Shown in pieces: positions 60,601-64,000 of a DNA stretch of 64,000 nt. The first letter of the stretch is position 1. Each line of letters opens with the position of its first letter. Under the pieces are notes generated by a model, which did not search any database, was not told the DNA's origin, and saw only the letters and a list, made by a program, of their open reading frames with translations. This DNA comes from Macrostomum hystrix (Eukaryota > Animalia > Platyhelminthes), in the NCBI GenBank assembly GCA_950097015.1, contig CATNEN010000007.1, positions 4,216,001-4,280,000 of the forward strand, read 5' to 3'. Both the position numbers and the translations under genes were made by a program.

Positions 60601-62900
60601 CAGCCACGGCTAATGACATTGGGCAGGTCGGCAGGCCGCGATATTCACGGTGGGCGGGGAGCACACGACGGAGGGAAGCGCCCCAATTAAGCGCGGAGGC
60701 AACACTTTCACTCCGGCGAGCCCTGAGCAGTTTGGAGGCTTTACGTGGATGGGGCGGATGAATGAAGGCCGGGATTAGGGATGAGCTGAGGGGGCAAAGG
60801 GGCGGCGCGACCGCCTCCCGCGGCTGTCAATCTCTTGGCCGCGTCCCACACGCCACCCACTTTTTGATTTCCTTCTGCGCACTCCGACAATTAGCGATGA
60901 CGGCTGACGCACGGAATAAGGGAAACGGCGGGTAAGTCACAAACCAGGCATGCTTATTCCACTTGGGGTGAGGGGGGAGTTTGGCGAGAAAACGGGACTG
61001 CAGCGAGCTCCGGATCGGAAAGAGCATCGCGTGCGCGGTAGATTTCTCCCAACACGCTGAATTGTTCCCTCCTCTCTTCTTACTAATTTCAAGCTTTCAG
61101 TTTCGCATAGTTCTCGGCCAAAAATGAGCGGCAATGAGGAACGAGGTTGGAGTTTTTTGAGGCGGGATTTTTTTGACGCTTCGGAATCAATTATTCGGTA
61201 GTGCAGACTTCCTGAAATCCCGCAGAAACGATTTCTTTAATCTCTCTCTGGTGGAGGTCAGATCCCTGGGATTAATTGCGTGCTCATCGCGCAGCGGACA
61301 ATAATGATCTATAAGCTGCTAGAAAAGGCTGGTTTTCCCACGGGGGGGGGTAGCGGCCCGTCCAGCTTTGTGACGAAGCTTTTTTATATGATACTGTGCC
61401 GCCCTGGCCTGACTGCGGCGCAGCTGCTCGACTTTATTTCGGTTTCTGAGAAGCGACGATTGAGTCCTTTGTGATAAGCGGAGAGAGCATGATGAGACTA
61501 TAGAGCGGTTGACTAGTAAGTCCCCGACTAGTAAGTCCCTGAGGCTCGCGACCAACCTTTGACTTAGAGTAGAGGAGATAATTACAGAGCGGCGAGTGAG
61601 CTGGCAGCTGGCAGGCCTCACAAGCACATGCAACCGAAAGTCATTCCTCTCATTTCATTTTTTCTTGCAGCCCCGACCGCTCGCTGCGGCGCCTGCGTGG
61701 TCACTTGTTTTTAACAAACTTCCTCCGGCTCTATCAGAGAATCTGATTGATTAATTCCGCTAAAGGAACTCGTCCACCCCCGCACCGCCATCAACCGCTT
61801 CCCACTTGAGAATCTCCCATAGAGCTCTTGGGTCAGTCCGAGTTCTGAAGTGAGCTGTCCGGTGGCTAAATAGTTGAGTATATACTCGTAAGTTTTCGAT
61901 TTAACTCAGTAGCGATCTTTGTCTGCGAGACAAAGACCCGCTCCCCATGCTCATCTATTCGAGGAGGCTGGCGTGCAGAATGTCCAGCGGGGAAATCAAT
62001 TCTCTGCCAATCCCACTGTCACCTGTGTCTTCCCCTGTGTCTCAATTCTGGTCAAGAAGCGCCACGTGACGAGTCAGGCTCTTGAGCTCAGATTGAGCAG
62101 ATACGGAGGAGGCAGTAGCACTGCGGGCATCATCTACCAAGCATTAGGGACATCCCCGACTGCATCTTCATCTATAGAGCCAGGGTTTCAAAGCCGGACA
62201 GCAGAATGGTAGTGATCCAACCCGAGACTGTGGCGTGGGATTGTTGCCCTGGTTGCTAAACATCTCGCTACTTGAGTGCATGCTCAAAGGGCCTCCGGCC
62301 AGTGATGCTAGCCCATATTACTTCACGAAATCATAATTAAAATTTGAGAACACAAATAAACTCGAATCCACACGGAATCCACACGGAATCCACACGGAAT
62401 CCACACGGAATCCACACGGAATCCACACCGAATCCACACGGAATTCACACCGAATCCACACAGAATCCACACCGAATCCACACGGAATCCACACGGAATC
62501 CACACCGAATCCACACGGAATTCACACCGAATCCACACCGAATCCACACGGAATTCACACCGAATCCACACGGAATCCACACGGAATCCATACCGAATCC
62601 ACACCGAATCCACACCGAATCCGCACTAAATTCTACTCTTGATCCAAGGCAGGTGTCAGAAAGTTTAGCATACAAAAGCAAAGCAGGCAAATGCAATAAT
62701 TTCATGTTGGAGTTAGTCACCCTCTTTGCGCATTCCGGTCTTCAGGCACTTCTGGAAGCGGCAATACTGGCACTGGTTCCTGTGGTGAATGTCCACCGGG
62801 CAGTTCCGGTTGCCGCGGCAGGTGTAGGACAGCTTCCGCCTGACCGATCGCTTGAAGAAGGACTTGCAGCCTTCGCATGTGTACTGTCCGTAGTGCTTGC
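57649..62900 (-). CDS. NR2F: COUP-TF/seven-up nuclear receptor, 5'-incomplete; exons 62900-62721, 59214-58408, 58280-57649
   Basis: [24 protein letters not shown]...[10 protein letters not shown] (P-box EGCKS), AVQQGR, LLLRAE; [55 protein letters not shown]. All junctions are phase 1, GT-AG. The exon with the first two zinc-finger cysteines was not found in the window. Confidence 0.93.
62362..62625. repeat. 10-bp repeat (gaatccacac[g/c]) in NR2F intron
   Basis: About 26 copies. Confidence 0.93.
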
Positions 62901-62947
62901 CTGGGGATCGAGGAGAAGAGACGCTACTTTTGAATGCAGTTTTCAAA

Positions 62948-63400
62948 ACAAATGTGCCATTTTGATCTTAAAATGTGCCATTTTGATCTTAAAATGTGCC
63001 ATTTTGATCTTAAAATGTGCCATTTTGATCTTAAAATGTGCCATTTTGATCTTAAAATGTGCCATTTTGATCTTAAAATGTGCCATTTTGATCTTAAAAT
63101 GTGCCATTTTGATCTTAAAATGTGCCATTTTGATCTTAAAATGTGCCATTTTGATCTTAAAATGTGCCATTTTGATCTTAAAATGTGCCATTTTGATCTT
63201 AAAATGTGCCATTTTGATCTTAAAATGTGCCATTTTTATCTTAAAATGTGCCATTTTGATTATTAAAAGTGCCAATATGATCTTAAAAGTGCCATTTTGA
63301 TAATAAAAGGTGCCATTTTGATTATTAAAAGTGTCATTATGATCTTAAAAGTGCCATATTTTGATAATAAAAGGTGCCATTTTGATCATTAAAAGTGCCG
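62948..63400. repeat. 21-bp minisatellite (aaaatgtgccattttgatctt) about 50 bp upstream of the NR2F DBD acceptor
   Basis: About 14 perfect copies then degenerate ones. Confidence 0.95.
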
Positions 63401-64000
63401 CTTTTATATTTGAAGCATCTGTCAGTTTTTTCTTAGTGAATTTTAGATTTTCGTATACGAGTTACATGCCACTTCTTATCTTAAAAATGAATTTGTTTAT
63501 CTTTAAGTGAGTGCAATTTCGATTCTGAAGTGTGTCAATTTTTTAAAGTAACGTGTAGTATGATTTATAAAACTAGTGTCACCCATTGTAGTCTATTGTT
63601 GCTTCTTTATCTTATACACAGAGCCAATTTTGACACTAAGAATTACAAAATTCTGAAACAATAACACTTTTGTGTGATTTCGGCATCGTTTTAGAAATAA
63701 TTAAAATTTCTCTCGTGACGAAAACCACTTCTCAGGCGGATGGGCAGATAAAAGTCATCAGATTGAGAAGCAGATTAAGTTCACTGTTATCGTAAATTTG
63801 GATCAACTATGAGAACTCGAATTACTGAAGATGAAAAAGCATTTTTCAGCAGGGATTGAGAAACTGAGAGACGGTTGGCTCAGTTTATGATCTCTCCGCT
63901 TTGCTGGGTATAAACCTTTTCTGATTTCTAAGAAAATTCAACGAAATAAAACGCATTCCCAACTAATTAACGGTCTTTTAATTTCAATGATATCAAACTA

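Overview
Eukaryotic (metazoan) genomic DNA: GC-rich spliced exons with poly-Ala/Gln/Pro/Gly tracts, AT-rich spacers, and about 27 unrelated minisatellite arrays covering roughly 19 kb (about 30%, hand estimate). The style suggests a free-living flatworm such as Macrostomum; this is inference only. Gene models assembled by hand from GT-AG sites and protein motifs are: an intact DD34D mariner (45-1344); a full-length ZAKalpha/MAP3K20-type kinase (+, 6 exons); polycystin-2 (-, 7 exons, three RFX X-boxes); ERH (+, intronless CDS); a Fz4/9/10-type Frizzled (+, 3 exons); a divergent LRR-ZU5-ZU5-UPA-death-domain PIDD1-like gene (-, 4 or 5 exons); and a COUP-TF/NR2F receptor (-, 5' end outside the window). 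Also present are a tRNA-derived CORE-type SINE family (3 copies), two foldback-like TIR elements, a TA-flanked MITE and degenerate hammerhead-like motifs. The strongest leads are these. (1) The minisatellites look non-random: units cluster near 10, 20-21 and 30-31 bp, many share an RGATY core, they hug exon and stop boundaries, and two unrelated arrays share an upstream leader. (2) The PIDD1-like protein has lost both HFS autoproteolysis motifs and carries a candidate in-frame exitron. All of this is from reading by eye; no alignments, folding or database searches were run.
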